Source of the DNA: Candidatus Krumholzibacteriia bacterium
Lineage (GTDB): Bacteria > Krumholzibacteriota > Krumholzibacteriia > Krumholzibacteriales > Krumholzibacteriaceae
Direction of reading: 5' to 3'
Assembly (NCBI GenBank): GCA_963836185.1
Contig: CAWIIQ010000002.1
Span: forward strand, 224,001 to 288,000
DNA: 64,000 nucleotides
Shown here: positions 30,397-42,782 of the stretch, piece by piece
Layout: the number at the start of each line of letters is the position of its first letter
Numbering within the stretch: the stretch's first letter is position 1
The notes under the pieces: generated by a model
What the model was told of the DNA's origin: nothing
Database searches by the model: none
The model's input: the letters and a program-made list of their open reading frames with translations, nothing else
Program-made: the position numbers and the translations under genes

Positions 30397-31954
30397 CTAC
30401 AGAAAGAGCCTCGCATCGTGGCGGCTCTCGTTGATCGGGGAGACCCTGATCGCGGGGATGTCGACCACCGGGCACTTGTTCTCGCAGATCCCGCACCCGA
30501 TGCAGATCTGGGGGATCACGTAAGGCTTCTTGAGGGTGAAGGTCCTGCCCTTCCTGTCGACAGATTCCTCCTCCTCGAACCTGTATGGCCTTGCCCTGCG
30601 CGGGGCAGTGCTCCTCGCACACGCCGCAGTTGCGGTTGTATGTATAGGGGATGCAGCGGCTCTTGTCGAATGTCGCCAGGCCGATCTTCGTCTTCTGTTT
30701 TTTCACCATATCGAGTGGCTGGATCGCGCCGGTCGGGCAGACCTGCGTGCAGAGATTGCAGTGATACTCGCAGTAGCCGAGCTTCGGGACGAGCATCGGG
30801 GTCCACAATCCCTCGAGGCCGGCCTGGTGGAATGTCGGCTGAAGACCGTTTGTCAGGCAGACCTTCATGCACTCGCCGCACTTGACGCATGTCTTGACGA
30901 AGTCCTTCTCGGGAAGGGAGCCGGGTGGGCGTATAAGCTCCGGATGGACACGTTCGCGGTGCTCGCCGAGTGTCACGACCGGCACGGACAGGATAGCCAC
31001 CGCTCCGGTCGAGAGGAGCCAGCGGCGCTCGAGGTCGACGTTTCCGTCGCCCGTCTTCCGCATCGTCGGGTGGATGGAGACGGCATCGACGGGGCAGACA
31101 TCCTTGCAGTTATAGCAGACGAGGCATTCCCTGCTTGCCCACTGGCCCGGAGGGAATGGGGTGGCGTCTCCCTGGCATGTCCTGTTGCAGCAGCCGCACT
31201 TGACGCATTTATCGCCGCTCACGTCGACCCTCGCCATCATCTGCTTTGTCCCGATAACGCCGAGCATGGCGCCGAGCGGGCAGAGATACCTGCACCAGAA
31301 GCGGGGGGCGAGAAGGTTCAGCCCGAGGATCACCGAGAATATCAGGGCGATCGGGATCATCTGTCTGAAGACGGGCTGCTCGAAGGCGAGGAGCGTTCCG
31401 ACCATCATCGAGTAGACGGCGTCAGCGGCGGGAGAGATGCCCGGCATATCGAGGGAGTAGGCCGAATCGAGTATCGTTCTCACGATCCGGTTCACGCCTG
31501 GATTGTATCCTATCGCGAGCGACCTGATCGTCAGCGATATCGGGTCGAATATACCCGCGGCGTTCCAGCCGAAGACAGCCGCCGCGAGTATGAAGACGAG
31601 TATGAAATATTTGACCGGCCGCAGGCGCGGGAAACGGCCATCGTTCGGAGTCGGCCTGCCCCTTCTCATCCTGAACCAGCCGACTATGGTATTGAGGGTT
31701 CCGAGAGGGCATACCCATCCACAGAAGACCCTGCCGAAGAAGAGCGCCACGACGGCCGTGATCAGAGACAAGAGAAAGGCCGCCTTAACGGTGTGGGTAG
31801 CGAGTATTGTGCTAAGCGCTATCAGCGGGCTGAAATCGAGAAAGAACTTCACCGGGAGGCCGAGTTCGTCGCTGCCCTTGTACTCGGTCTGGATGAAGAG
31901 AAAGAAGAAGAGCGCGAGAAAAAGTATCTGCGAGATTCTTCTGAGATTTTTCAT
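30397..31954 (-). CDS. Membrane polyferredoxin (NapH/MauN plus NapF/MauM-like 4Fe-4S protein), frameshifted near 30580
   Basis: GRVFCGWVCPLG, RFWCRYLCPLG, multiple CxxCxxCxxxCP motifs, IRPPG; true C-terminus is in a shifted frame ending at 30397. Confidence 0.85.
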
Positions 31955-31959
31955 GTCAC

Positions 31960-32880
31960 CTATCCGAGGTTTATTTCCATGTATCCTTCGCCGGAGAAGT
32001 CGGATCTTCCGAGTCCCCGCCTGACCGCTTCCTCGATATGGGGGAATGCCGCGGGATCGTTGCTGAATATCGCGTCCCCGAAGAGCGATATCCCGAAGGC
32101 GTCGATCCTGACCGGGTCGGCGCTCGCCGCGACGGTGTTCAACTCTACTACATCCTTAAGAGTGCTGCCCTGCGGCCCGTTCGCCTTGAGCAGCCTCACC
32201 GAGTCGAGGATGTTCAGTGTCGGCTTGAAGTAGGCGGCGAGGTCGACGACGCACTCTGGGAGGTTCTGGTGGAGAAGGTCGCGTCTTCCACCGATAAGCC
32301 CCATGAGGTTCTTCATCGAGAGTGTGACGTCGGAAAGGCCGTGGTGCTTGGCGATCGGGACGTTTATGATCTTGTCCGCTTCTATCGCCTCACGGTAGAC
32401 CTCCCAGTCGCTCATCACCGTGCCGCCCAGGTTCGTCGATACGAATCTTCGCTGCTCCATAAAGGGGACATCCGCACCGGCAGCTTCGGCCGCCTGCTTG
32501 ATGCCGCTCCTCTTGTATGTCCGTCTCGCGTCGTTGCACGTGTTATCGGCGACGATGATCTTCTTCGCGCCCGCCTCGGAGATCATCTTGACTACCGTCT
32601 CGACGACGATGGGATTGGTCGTGGCTGCCTGCTCGGGCTTCTTGTCCCACGATATATTCGGTTTGACGAAGACGACGTCCCCTTCCTCGACGAACGAACC
32701 CATCCCGCCCACGAGCTCAACGGCTTTACGCACGATGGCGGCGGTGTCTGTTCCCCTGGCCACACCGAACGTTGCCTGCGCTCCCTGGGGAGGCGTCATG
32801 GCGCCTAGACGTTTTACCGGAAGCATCGCTCCCGCGGCCCCTGCCGCGAGGATCCTGAGGAACTCTCTTCTACTGGTCAT
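31960..32880 (-). CDS. DUF362-family Fe-S protein with Tat signal
   Basis: SRREFL twin-arginine signal, VFVKPNI, TTNP, INVPIAKHH, TLSMKNLMG. Confidence 0.85.
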   Translation of the reverse strand: MTSRREFLRILAAGAAGAMLPVKRLGAMTPPQGAQATFGVARGTDTAAIVRKAVELVGGMGSFVEEGDVVFVKPNISWDKKPEQAATTNPIVVETVVKMISEAGAKKIIVADNTCNDARRTYKRSGIKQAAEAAGADVPFMEQRRFVSTNLGGTVMSDWEVYREAIEADKIINVPIAKHHGLSDVTLSMKNLMGLIGGRRDLLHQNLPECVVDLAAYFKPTLNILDSVRLLKANGPQGSTLKDVVELNTVAASADPVRIDAFGISLFGDAIFSNDPAAFPHIEEAVRRGLGRSDFSGEGYMEINLG

Positions 32881-33102
32881 GATTATCTTCCCTTCGGACG
32901 GAAAATGCCGGTAAGGCGGCAATATGTTAGTTCGACGACAATACACTGTGTTGGCGTCAAAATGCCGGTTCGGAGAATACGATATGTGAAAATAATATTA
33001 AATACGGGCATTACAGTAAAGATTATTTGGAGTAAAAGACATATCGGGGGTATATTCGGCATGGTCGCGGCGGTAGGAGACGGCCGTGAATAATACTCAG
33101 GA

Positions 33103-34298
33103 GTGATATTGATGACGGACCAGGACGTATTTCAGCCGAAAGCATTCTACAGGAAGCTCGACGCGCTTCTGACTCGCATCGGCGAAGGGGCGTCGATGAA
33201 GACGATGCTTTCTCTCGTCCTCGATGAGCTCGTCGAATCGGTAGGAGAGGACCTCGGCATAAAGAGCGGCTGCGTCTACCGGCTCTCGGGAAAAGTCTAC
33301 AGCAGGACGGACCAGCTCGGCGGCCCGGGGGCGGAGAACTGGCCTGCGGCCATACCGAATGACGATGAGGCGATAGAACTTCTGTTGCGCCACAAGAGCT
33401 ATATCTTCGTCGATACGGTCAAACCGTCTATGGGGTAACAACAGCGTGGCTGTTCTGCTGGGCGAGGACGACAAATATCTCCTTGTCTTCATGCTTGATG
33501 AGAGGTGGATCCGCGAGACACTCGAGTTTTCACTCAACACGATCCGCTCGACACTTAACTTCAGCTCCTCGAAGAGCCGCTTCTCCGCCGACCTGCAGGA
33601 AGCGTACGAGATCCAGAAGAGCCTTTTGCCTCGTATTGAGCCGGAGTTCGAGGGATATGAGATAGCCGGCAGGATGGAAGCGGCCGAGAGGGTCGGCGGC
33701 GACCTTTACGATTTCTCCGTCCTTGCCGAAGGGGTGCTGAGTGTCGCAGTCGGTGACGCGAGCGGTCACGGCCTGCCGGCGGCGCTGCTGGCCAGGGATG
33801 TGGTCACGGGGCTGCGCATGGGTATGGAGAAGGAGATGAAGATCTCGAGCGTGCTCCGCAAAGCTCAACTCCGTTATTAACCGCAGCCAGCTCTCAACAA
33901 GGTTCATCTCGCTCTTTTACGGCGAACTCGAACCCGAAGGCACCCTCGTCTACGTCAACGCCGGTCATCCGCCCCCGCTCCTCTTCAAGTCGGATCGGAT
34001 TGAGAAGCTCGACGTCGGCGGTACTATCCTCGGTCCCCTCGAGGACACCGATTTCAACCGCGGATTCGCCTTCATGGACCCGGGGGATCTGCTTATCCTC
34101 TATACAGACGGGATCCTCGAGGCGACCAATGCCGAAGGGGATATGTACGATGAGGAGCGTCTTGTCGAATTCGTCAGAGCGAACATCTCTTCGCCCGCTT
34201 ACGAGATCATCCGCGGCCTGTTCTCCGAGATCAGGGATTTCGCCGGGAGCGTCAGGCTGCAGGACGATACGACCGCTGTCGTCATCAGGCGGCAGTAA
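33103..34298 (+). CDS. PP2C/SpoIIE-type Ser/Thr phosphatase (two frameshifts)
   Basis: IQKSLLP, VGGDLYD, VGDASGHG, YVNAGHPPP, LYTDGILEA, QDDTT. Confidence 0.85.
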
Positions 34299-34414
34299 GT
34301 CCCGCCGCCCGCCGGCCAAGCGCCCGCTTGACTGCCGCCGGAAAACATCTAGACTGCTTTTCACGTTTGACAACAGACCCCGCAGATAAAATACGGAATG
34401 CCCGGAGGGAAATA

Positions 34415-36881
34415 ATGGCTTATGCACCGAAGCGTAATGAAATACCGGTTGGAAAGCTCAGATGGAAATGTCCCGGCAAATACCTTGATTTCAAGACGAC
34501 AAACGATATCAAGCCATGTACCGATATAATCGGGCAGGACCGTGCCCTGCACGCGATCAAGATGGGGCTCGAACTCGAGCACCGCGGGTACAACATCTTC
34601 ATAACTGGCCTGGTCGGAACGGGGCGCACATCGACTATCAAGCATCTCCTCGAGAAGCTCGAGCGCAAGGCCCCGATCCCTTCCGACATATGCTACATGT
34701 ACAACTTCCGTCATCCGAGCAATCCGGTCTATATCGAGCTCGATGCGGGGCAGGGGAATCAGCTCGCCGGTGACATGGACGGTCTCATCCACGACCTCAA
34801 GAAGAACATCCCGTCGCTGTTCAAGAGCGAATACTACCAGAACCGCCGAAAGAGGCTGATCGATTCGATGCAGGCGAAGCAGAAGAAGGTCGCCTCGGCC
34901 TTCGAGGACAAGATAGGCAAAGAAGGCTTCGCGATGGTAAGCATGCAGGTCGGTCCTGTCATGAAGCCGCAGCTCGTGCCCGTTGTAGAAGGGAGCCCTG
35001 TCGATCACGCGACCCTCACACAGATGGTCGATGAGGGGAAGGTCTCAAAGGAAGAGTTCGCGCGGATGAAGGAATCGGCCGAGATCCTCTCCGAGGAGAT
35101 GACGCAGATCTACGACAAGATGAAGGAACTCGAGCGCAACTTGAAGAAGAAGCTCGAGAAACTCGATATAGATGTCGTTCAGCCGACGATCCACGAGATG
35201 ATCGTCGATATCAGACAAGAAGTATAAATGTGAGCCATTGAGCAGGACGCTGAAGTTGATCGAGAAGGAGATCATGGAACGGCTCGACCTCTTCCGCGCG
35301 AAGGACGAGGAGGAGCGCAAGGAGATCATGGCGGCTTTTGTCGCCGAGGACGGTCACATGGAGGACCCTTTCCGCGAATTCAGAGTCAATGTCGTTGTAG
35401 ACAATTCCGAAACGACCGCGCCGCCTGTTATCACCGAGAACTTCCCCACCCTGAGCAATATCTTCGGAGTCATCGAGAGGGATTTCACTCCCTCGGGATG
35501 GTCCATGCCTGACCATATGAGCATTCGAGCAGGAGCTTTCCATAAGGCGAACGGCGGTTATCTCGTGATGAACGCGCTCGATGTCTTTATAGAGCCGGGC
35601 GTCTGGCAGATACTCAAGAGGACGCTGAAGAGCTGTGAAGCGGTCATCCAGAACTACGACCAGTGGAGCATGATGAGCTCCTCGGCGCTCAAGCCGGAGC
35701 CGATGTGCGTGAAGGTCAAGATCGTCCTGATCGGCGATTCGCGCCTCTACTATCTGCTCCAGTCATACGATGAGGATTTCAGGAAGATATTCAAGATAAG
35801 GGCCGATTTCGACCGCGAGATCGACAACAGGGCCGCCGTCATCAAGCAGTACGCCGGATTCATCAGGGGGCTCTCCGACAGGGAGAACCTGAAGGCGTTC
35901 GATTCAGACGGGGTCGCCGCGGTTGTAGAGTACGGGGTCCGTGTCGCAGGCAGGCAGACGAAACTCTCGACGAGGTTCAGCCTTATCTCCGATATGGTCC
36001 GGGAGGCTCATTATCACGCTGAGAAGGCGGGCAAGCGGATCGCTTCGCGTGAGCATGTCGATCTGGCGATACAGCACAGGATCAAGCGGGTCAACATGCT
36101 GGAGGACAAGATCCAGGAAAGGATCGATGACGGGACATTGATGATAGACACTTCCGGCTCCGTCGTCGGACAGGTCAACGCCCTGTCGGTATACAATCTC
36201 GGCGATTACATGTTCGGCAAACCATCAAGGATCACCGTGGTCACATCGCTCGGCAACTCGGGCCTCATCAATATCGAGAGGGAGGCGGACCTGAGCGGCA
36301 GCACGCACAACAAGGGCGTGCTTATCCTCGCCGGCTTCCTCAGAAGCAGGTTCGGGCAGGAGAACCCGATCGTGATGAGTGCGAGTCTCTGCTTTGAGCA
36401 GTCTTACGGAGGCGTCGATGGCGACAGCGCCAGCTCAACCGAGCTCTATGCCATACTGTCGAGCCTCTCGGGCCTGCCGATAAGGCAGGATACCGCAGTC
36501 ACCGGCTCGATCAACCAGAAGGGTGAGATCCAGCCGATAGGCGGGGCCAACGAGAAGATCGAGGGTTTCTACAACGTCTGCAAGGCGAGGGGGCTCTCGG
36601 GCACCGAGGGTGTCATCATACCGTGGCAGAACGTTCCCGACCTGATGCTCGACCAGGAAGTGGTCGACGCTGTCGCGGAGGGCAGGTTCCATCTGTATTC
36701 CATCAGGCATGTCGACGAGGGGATCGAGATCCTCACAGGTGTAAAGGCGGGGAAGAAGCTCAAGAGCGGCAAGTACCAGAAGGATACAGTTAATGAGCTG
36801 GTCAGGCAGGCCCTGTACGATATGGCCGTTAGCTGGAAGCAGTTCGGGGCTAGAAATGACAAGGAGAAGGGGAAGTCCTGA
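34415..36881 (+). CDS. Lon-like (LonC-type, S16) protease, frameshifted near 35220
   Basis: IIGQDRA, degenerate Walker A GLVGTGRTS, KANGGYL, VGQVNAL, EQSYGGVDGDSAS, GGANEKIEGF (Ser-Lys dyad). Confidence 0.9.
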
Positions 36882-36988
36882 AGGCGGGAAGATCCTGACC
36901 ACGGGAAAGCCCCGCTCGGGGCCGGTGACACTGAAAATGGAATGAATCGCCAACCCGGGCGTATAATACGAAAAACCAGGAGGACCTT

Positions 36989-38313
36989 ATGCAGAGATAT
37001 ATATGGAAGACATCGATCGCGGTGACTGCTGCCGCGGCGCTGCTTTTAGCGGGCTGCGGCAAAAAGAAGGAACAGGAACCCGACCTGGGCCTTCCCGAGA
37101 TAACGACAAACGTTAACCTTGTCGTAAACCCTGGATTCGAGGAATGGGACGGGTTCAAGCCTGCGGGATGGGTGGTCAGGACCTTCTCCGGCAAAGGAAA
37201 CAAGATGTCCTTTCTCGGGAGGAGTAACAAGACTCAAAATGGTAATCACTCGTTCTATCTTCGCGGTCTGTATCGACACGCAGCAATGGCTGGTCGCCAC
37301 GCCAGCGATTCCCAGTCCGGCCGGGTTACAGGATAATCTTCTCGGCGGATATCATGACGGAGGACATAAAACGGAGTCCTGGGCCAGGCGGATAACGCCG
37401 GGGTCTATGTCACCTTCTACGACAGTAACGGGGACAGGGTCAACGACAGGAACTGGGCCGATGACTGGACACGCAAGAGGATGGGGACGAGCGGCTGGAA
37501 CGCACTGAAAAAAAGTCGGAAGTGCCCGATGAAGCGAGATCCGTCGAGATAGGCCTTATTAACCAGATGACGGGGTATATCTATTTTGACGAAGTAAGCC
37601 TCGTTATTAGAGAAGGGGATAGACTGGCAGTCGAAAGACGAGAAGTTCATCACATACAACTGGCTGGAGGAACGGCCATTTCCTCCCGAGGATATGGAGA
37701 GGGTGTCCGAGCTGATAGAGGGCATCGCCAGGGATGCCGGGATCAAAAAGATAGAGGGCAGGATCAATTATTACCTCTATCCCGACGAGGAGACTTTCAT
37801 GCGGATCCTCGACAGGCCGAAGTACAAGACCGCGGCCCGGTGGGACAAGAAAGAGCTCCATGACATCCTGTCGTTCAATGACCACGAGATCATCCACCTG
37901 ATCCTCTATGACCTGGGATTCCCTCCGGTCGGCGTGTCGAAGGGACTGGTATTCTATTACAGGGCGAGATACAACGACTGGGATATGGATATCCGTTCGA
38001 AGCGCTTCCTCATGAGTCAGCAGATCCCCGCTCTGTACAAGACGATCCATCCGGACAAATGGAGGACGGTGGACCACTCTGTAGTCGTTCCCGCCTGGGC
38101 ATCGTTCACTGGATATCTCATCGACAACTACGGATTGGATACATTCAAGCAGCTGTATACCGGAACGAGCGGTGTGAGCGATCCGGAAACGTTCAGCGCG
38201 AAATTCAAGGCCATATATGGAATCGATTTCAGGAGGCGGACAGGTCCTGGCGGCTCTATATACTGCGGTACCAGGGAGACGCGGCAGCCGATACGCTGCC
38301 TGACGGCGAATAG
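36989..38313 (+). CDS. Lipoprotein with CBM-like N-terminal domain and zincin-like C-terminal domain (multiple frameshifts)
   Basis: Lipobox LAGC; NLVVNPGFEEW..PAGW; YFDEVSL; HEIIH. Confidence 0.55.
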
Positions 38314-38364
38314 ATCCGGCAGCAGCTGGCCTGACCCGGATCCCGGCAGAAGTGATAACGGACT

Positions 38365-38871
38365 ATGAAGAACAGGCTTTTCAGATACTGCCCGCATTGC
38401 GGTAACGGTCTGGAGATGGTCGCTGAGAGCGGCAAGGACCGGATGAGATGCGGTGAGTGCGGATTCATCCAGTACCTCAATCCCGCACCGGCAGCCGGTA
38501 TTCTCGTAAAAGATGACGAAGGGCGGATCCTGCTCGTACGGAGGAAGTTCGAGCCTTTTGCGGGGCTGTGGACGATGCCCGCCGGATTTATCGAGTACGG
38601 CGAAGAGGTGGCCGAGACAGCCGTCCGCGAGCTCGAGGAGGAGACGGGCCTGATCATCGAGATAGACAGGATCCATGCCGCAGAATCGTGCAGGGACGAT
38701 CCGAGGGGTGATACCGTGCTTGTACTGTACGAGGGGCATGTGAAGGGTGGGGAGCTCGAGGCTGGTGACGACGCGGAGGAAGCCGGCTTCTTTTCTCTCG
38801 ACGCACTGCCCGAGATAGCGTTCTCCTGCCAGCGAAGGGTGATCGAAAGGTTGATCAGGGACACAGCCTGA
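38365..38871 (+). CDS. NUDIX hydrolase with N-terminal zinc ribbon
   Basis: CPHCG..CGECG; Nudix box GFIEYGEEVAETAVRELEEETGL. Confidence 0.93.
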   Translation: MKNRLFRYCPHCGNGLEMVAESGKDRMRCGECGFIQYLNPAPAAGILVKDDEGRILLVRRKFEPFAGLWTMPAGFIEYGEEVAETAVRELEEETGLIIEIDRIHAAESCRDDPRGDTVLVLYEGHVKGGELEAGDDAEEAGFFSLDALPEIAFSCQRRVIERLIRDTA

Positions 38872-38937
38872 TTCTGTGGCTGATCCTGCGGCTGATCCTG
38901 CGGGACTCAACCTGCCGGCAAAAGACTCACCCTGCCG

Positions 38938-39057
38938 TCATCTCGCCCGCGCCGCTTTTTCCTTTTCCCTGCGCATCACGAAGAGGATGCAGGAGATGAA
39001 CCCTCCCCAGACGAGGCCGCAGATCAATATCATCATGACTATCGCCGCTGCGCTCAT
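38938..39057 (-). CDS. MetS-like small subunit of NSS transporter
   Basis: 39 aa, MSAAAIVMMILICGLVWGGF..., start overlaps the NSS transporter stop. Confidence 0.8.
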   Translation of the reverse strand: MSAAAIVMMILICGLVWGGFISCILFVMRREKEKAARAR

Positions 39058-40571
39058 CGCTCCTCCTTTCCGCGGTCCCCGAATAAAAGCCCCGTGATCC
39101 GTTTCTGGAATATGATCATCACGAGGATCAGTGCACCCCACTGCACGATACAGGTCCCGAGGCTGAACGGCCTGAACGGATCCCACCAGCGCTGCGGATC
39201 GTAGACGAGTATTGCCTGGGTGAACCACCATATGATAAGGGCTGCGAACTCGATCGGGATCACGTACTTGACCAGAACGTTGAAGATCCTGCCGAGCTTG
39301 AAGTCGTTATCGTCACTGTCGATGAGCTCGGCGCGGAACCGCTCGACCCCGTAGTCGATCACCGATACAGCGAAGAGAAGTCCGCTGAGCAGAAGCCCGA
39401 GGCTCCAGACCCAGTCCTGGTTCTGGAAGAACGACGGGTTGAGAGCGGAGGGCAGACCGAGCACGAAGATCGAGGAGCCGACGATCGCGATCCCTTTCTT
39501 TCTTGTCAGCCCGAAATCCATCACGTTCCGGGTACCCATCTCGATCATCGAGATCAGCGATGAGATCGCTGCTATCGAGAGGGCGAGGAAGAATATGAAG
39601 AGAAAGACCTTTCCGCCGGGTATCGACTCGAAGAGCCTGGGGATCCAGATGAAGGTCATCCCCGTGCTCAGCGGCCCGTGTCCCGGGCCACCTCGACCGC
39701 CTGGGCGGCGGGAAGGATGGCGAAGACGGTCGGGATCACGGCGAGCGCCGCGAGTAGCGAGGCGGAGTTGTTGCCGAGCCCGGCGAGGACGGAGTTGGCG
39801 ACGATGTCGTCATCCTTGCGCATGTATACGGCGTAGGTCAGGATCAGTCCCCAGCCGGCGCCGGTGGACCAGGCGCTCTGCGTCAGCCCCTGCAGCCAGA
39901 TCCTGGTAGTCGAGAAGGGCGCTCCATTTCATGCCGAAGAGGTATTCGAGCCCCGCGGAAGCTCCGGGAAGGGAGACCGCTCTTACGACGGCGATCATCA
40001 GCAGGAGGAAAAGCGCCGGGCAGCAGGATGCGGTTTGCCCGCTCGATACCGTTGACCACACCGCGGTAGATGATGTACGAGCCGGCCAGAACGCCGAACA
40101 GGTGGAAGAGCACCGGCTGCCACCCGAGGCATTGAACGATGTCCAGAAAGAGATGTGTTCGCTCTGCCAGAGGCCGCCGCCCGGCAGGGCGGCGCCTGAG
40201 CCGTTCCAGTCCGCGATGATGTCGATCAGCGCCGCGAAGGTGTAGCGGAAGCACCAGCCCGTCACTACGCAGTAGTAGAATGTGATCGCCAGTGTGCAGA
40301 AGCCTACGAATCCGCCCATCCACGTGTGCCTGCGGTTCATCGATCCGAAGGCGCCGATCGTTCCCATCCTCGTCTTTTTCCCGATGCCGAACTCGATCAT
40401 CAGCAGGGGAATCGACCAGAGGAAGAGGAAGATGATCCACGGGACGAGAAAGGGCGCGCCGCCGTTCTGCGCGATGACCCGGGGAAATCTCCAGATATTC
40501 CCCGTGCCGACCGCCATCCCGAGCGCGGCGAGCAGGAGAGACCATCTCGATGTGAATGTCTCTTTTACCAT
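39054..40571 (-). CDS. Sodium-dependent transporter (NSS/SNF family), frameshifted
   Basis: GMAVGTGNIWRFP, NGGAPFLVPW, EFGIG, FFLALSIAAISSLISMIE. Confidence 0.9.
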
Positions 40572-40581
40572 GTGGTATCCG

Positions 40582-42649
40582 CTACTCGTATCGAATCTCC
40601 ATGCCGAAGGTATCCCCGACCTCGATCCGGTCAACGATCTCCATCCCGCTGACTACCTTTCCGATTATCGTGTACCTGCCGTCGAGGTGAGGCTGCGGCA
40701 GATGCGTTATGAAGAACTGGCTCCCCGGCGTGTCCTTGCCCGAATGCGCCACGCCGACATAGCCTCGCTCGTACCTGTGCGAGTTGAACTGGCTCCTGAG
40801 GAACCATCCGCCGTCGCCCCATCCGTCCCCGCGCGGGCATCCGCCCTGCACGACGAATCCCGGGACGACCCTGTGGAAGTTGAGGCCGTTGTAGAATCCT
40901 TCCTCGATCAGAAGAAGCATGCTCTTGACGATATTCGGCGCGTCGTCGCCGAAAAGCTCGATGTCGACGTTCCCTTTCTTCGTCGTCAGGCGGACCATCT
41001 TTTTTCCCAGCGGGAGCGCGGGATCTCCCCACGGGTATCTCCCACGGTCCCAGGCGGCGGCGTGGGCCGGATCGTACGATACAGTGTAGCCGTATTTCCC
41101 GGCCGCTTCGGCGGCGGCCTCAGCGACCCTCGGATCGCCTTCCTGGACGACAGCTTCCTTCAGCAGGGTAACGATATTGCTAACGGCGGCTGGTTCGAGG
41201 CCACCCTCGCCGGCTATCCCCGCGAAGACGGCGATGATCGCCAGTTTCCTGTCGCAGTCCACTCGCCTGTTCGCGCTTCGGAACACCTCGACGAGCCTGT
41301 TCGTACCGCCGATCGCGCGTTTGCCTGTGAGCGCTTCGACAGCCATCGCTGCGATGACAAAATCTTCGCCTCCCGCCGCATCCAGCAGGGCGTCGAAGGC
41401 CGTCCGGCCGCTGGTGCCGACAGGAATTAAAATGAACTCGTCTTTCTCGACGCGCTTCAAGCCCTGCCGCCGCGCCTTCCCGCTCGAGATGATTCACTGA
41501 CTTGTCGAGCGTCTCTACGAGCAGCACCATGTCTTCCTCCTGCCCGATCGCTCCGATGAACTCGAGGGCGGCCATCCTGTCGTGGGCGTTTCCCTTCTGT
41601 ACCATCTCGATGAGGAACGGCCTGGCCTTCTCCGCGTCGGTCATGGCAGCTGCTTCTATCGCCGAGCGTCTGACCATCTGGGAGGTGTCACGCAGGAATG
41701 GAAGGACAGCTTCGAAAGAATTCCTCCTTCTCGAGGCGGCGATCCCGCGAAGGGCGTAATCCTTCATGTATGCGTCGTCGGAGCCGAGCACCGTTTCGAG
41801 CGCGTCGGCCGCTTGTCTGTGGCGAGTCTCGAGAGGGCCTCGGCAGCCTTGACCCTGAGCATCCTGTTCTTGTGCGTAAGCAGGGGGGCTATCGTCTCGA
41901 CGGCGTTCTTTGCTACCAGCCGTCCGAGCGCTTCGGTCGAGCGCATGGCGACCCAGATGTTCTCGTGCTCACACAAGTCGGACAAGCTTGTAATTGAGAT
42001 TCTTGTAGCCGAGGCGGCCCAGCGCGTAGGCGGTCTGCTCGATCACATCGGCGTCCGGGTCCTGTATAGAGCTGGCGAAGACCGACACGGCGGATGAATC
42101 GCCGAGAACGGCCAGCGATACGAGCGCCTGAGCCCTTATCGTCGAGTGAAAGTTCGTCGAAGATGCGGATATTATCGGCGCTGCGTCCTTGAGCCTCGTG
42201 ATGCCGAGCGCCTCGAGTGCGGCGAGCTTCTGTTCCTTCTTGCCCTGCTTCAGCATTTTCTCGAGAGGTTCGAGAGCGGCTTCGTCCATTGTGAGGCCGA
42301 GCGAATAGATAGCGGAGAGGACCACTTCCCCGTCAGTGTCGGCGGTCAGCCTGGCCAGATAAGGGACCGCTGCCGGACCGCCCACGCGGCCGAGTACCTC
42401 GGCGCACCTTAGCCTGATCAGCGGGTCCGGATCGGCCGTGTACTTTTCGATGCCCGCCAGTTTGCGGGAATCCTCCATCGCTGCGAGGTCCTTGAGCTTC
42501 GCGCGGCCTGTCTGACTCAGTATCAGCCTGTCATACCTGCCGGCCGCATCCGCAGGCGCGACAGGAAGCAGGAGGGCGGACAGGATCATCGAAATACCGA
42601 GTACGAAGACGAGAGAGGAAGAGACGAACGGTCCTGACGGTCTTTGCAT
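40582..42649 (-). CDS. HEAT-repeat protein with C-terminal cyclophilin PPIase (frameshifted)
   Basis: Signal peptide, HEAT/PBS-like repeats, FYNGLNFHRVVPGFVVQGG, GKDTPGSQFFITH..PHLDGRYT. Confidence 0.85.
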
Positions 42650-42782
42650 GGCAATACCTCCGGAGACACGTTGATGGAAGTGCCATTATAGGTATTCCTT
42701 CGCGATTCATTCAATTGCAATCTGGCCGCTTTGATTGTATTTTACTTCCTGCACTTCAGCCCGAGCCGAAAGGAAATACCAT

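Noticed and set aside
25462-42649. Genuine pseudogenes or programmed frameshifts
   Set aside because: The indels hit many unrelated genes with intact active sites and no shared slippery motif was evident; assembly error is more parsimonious.
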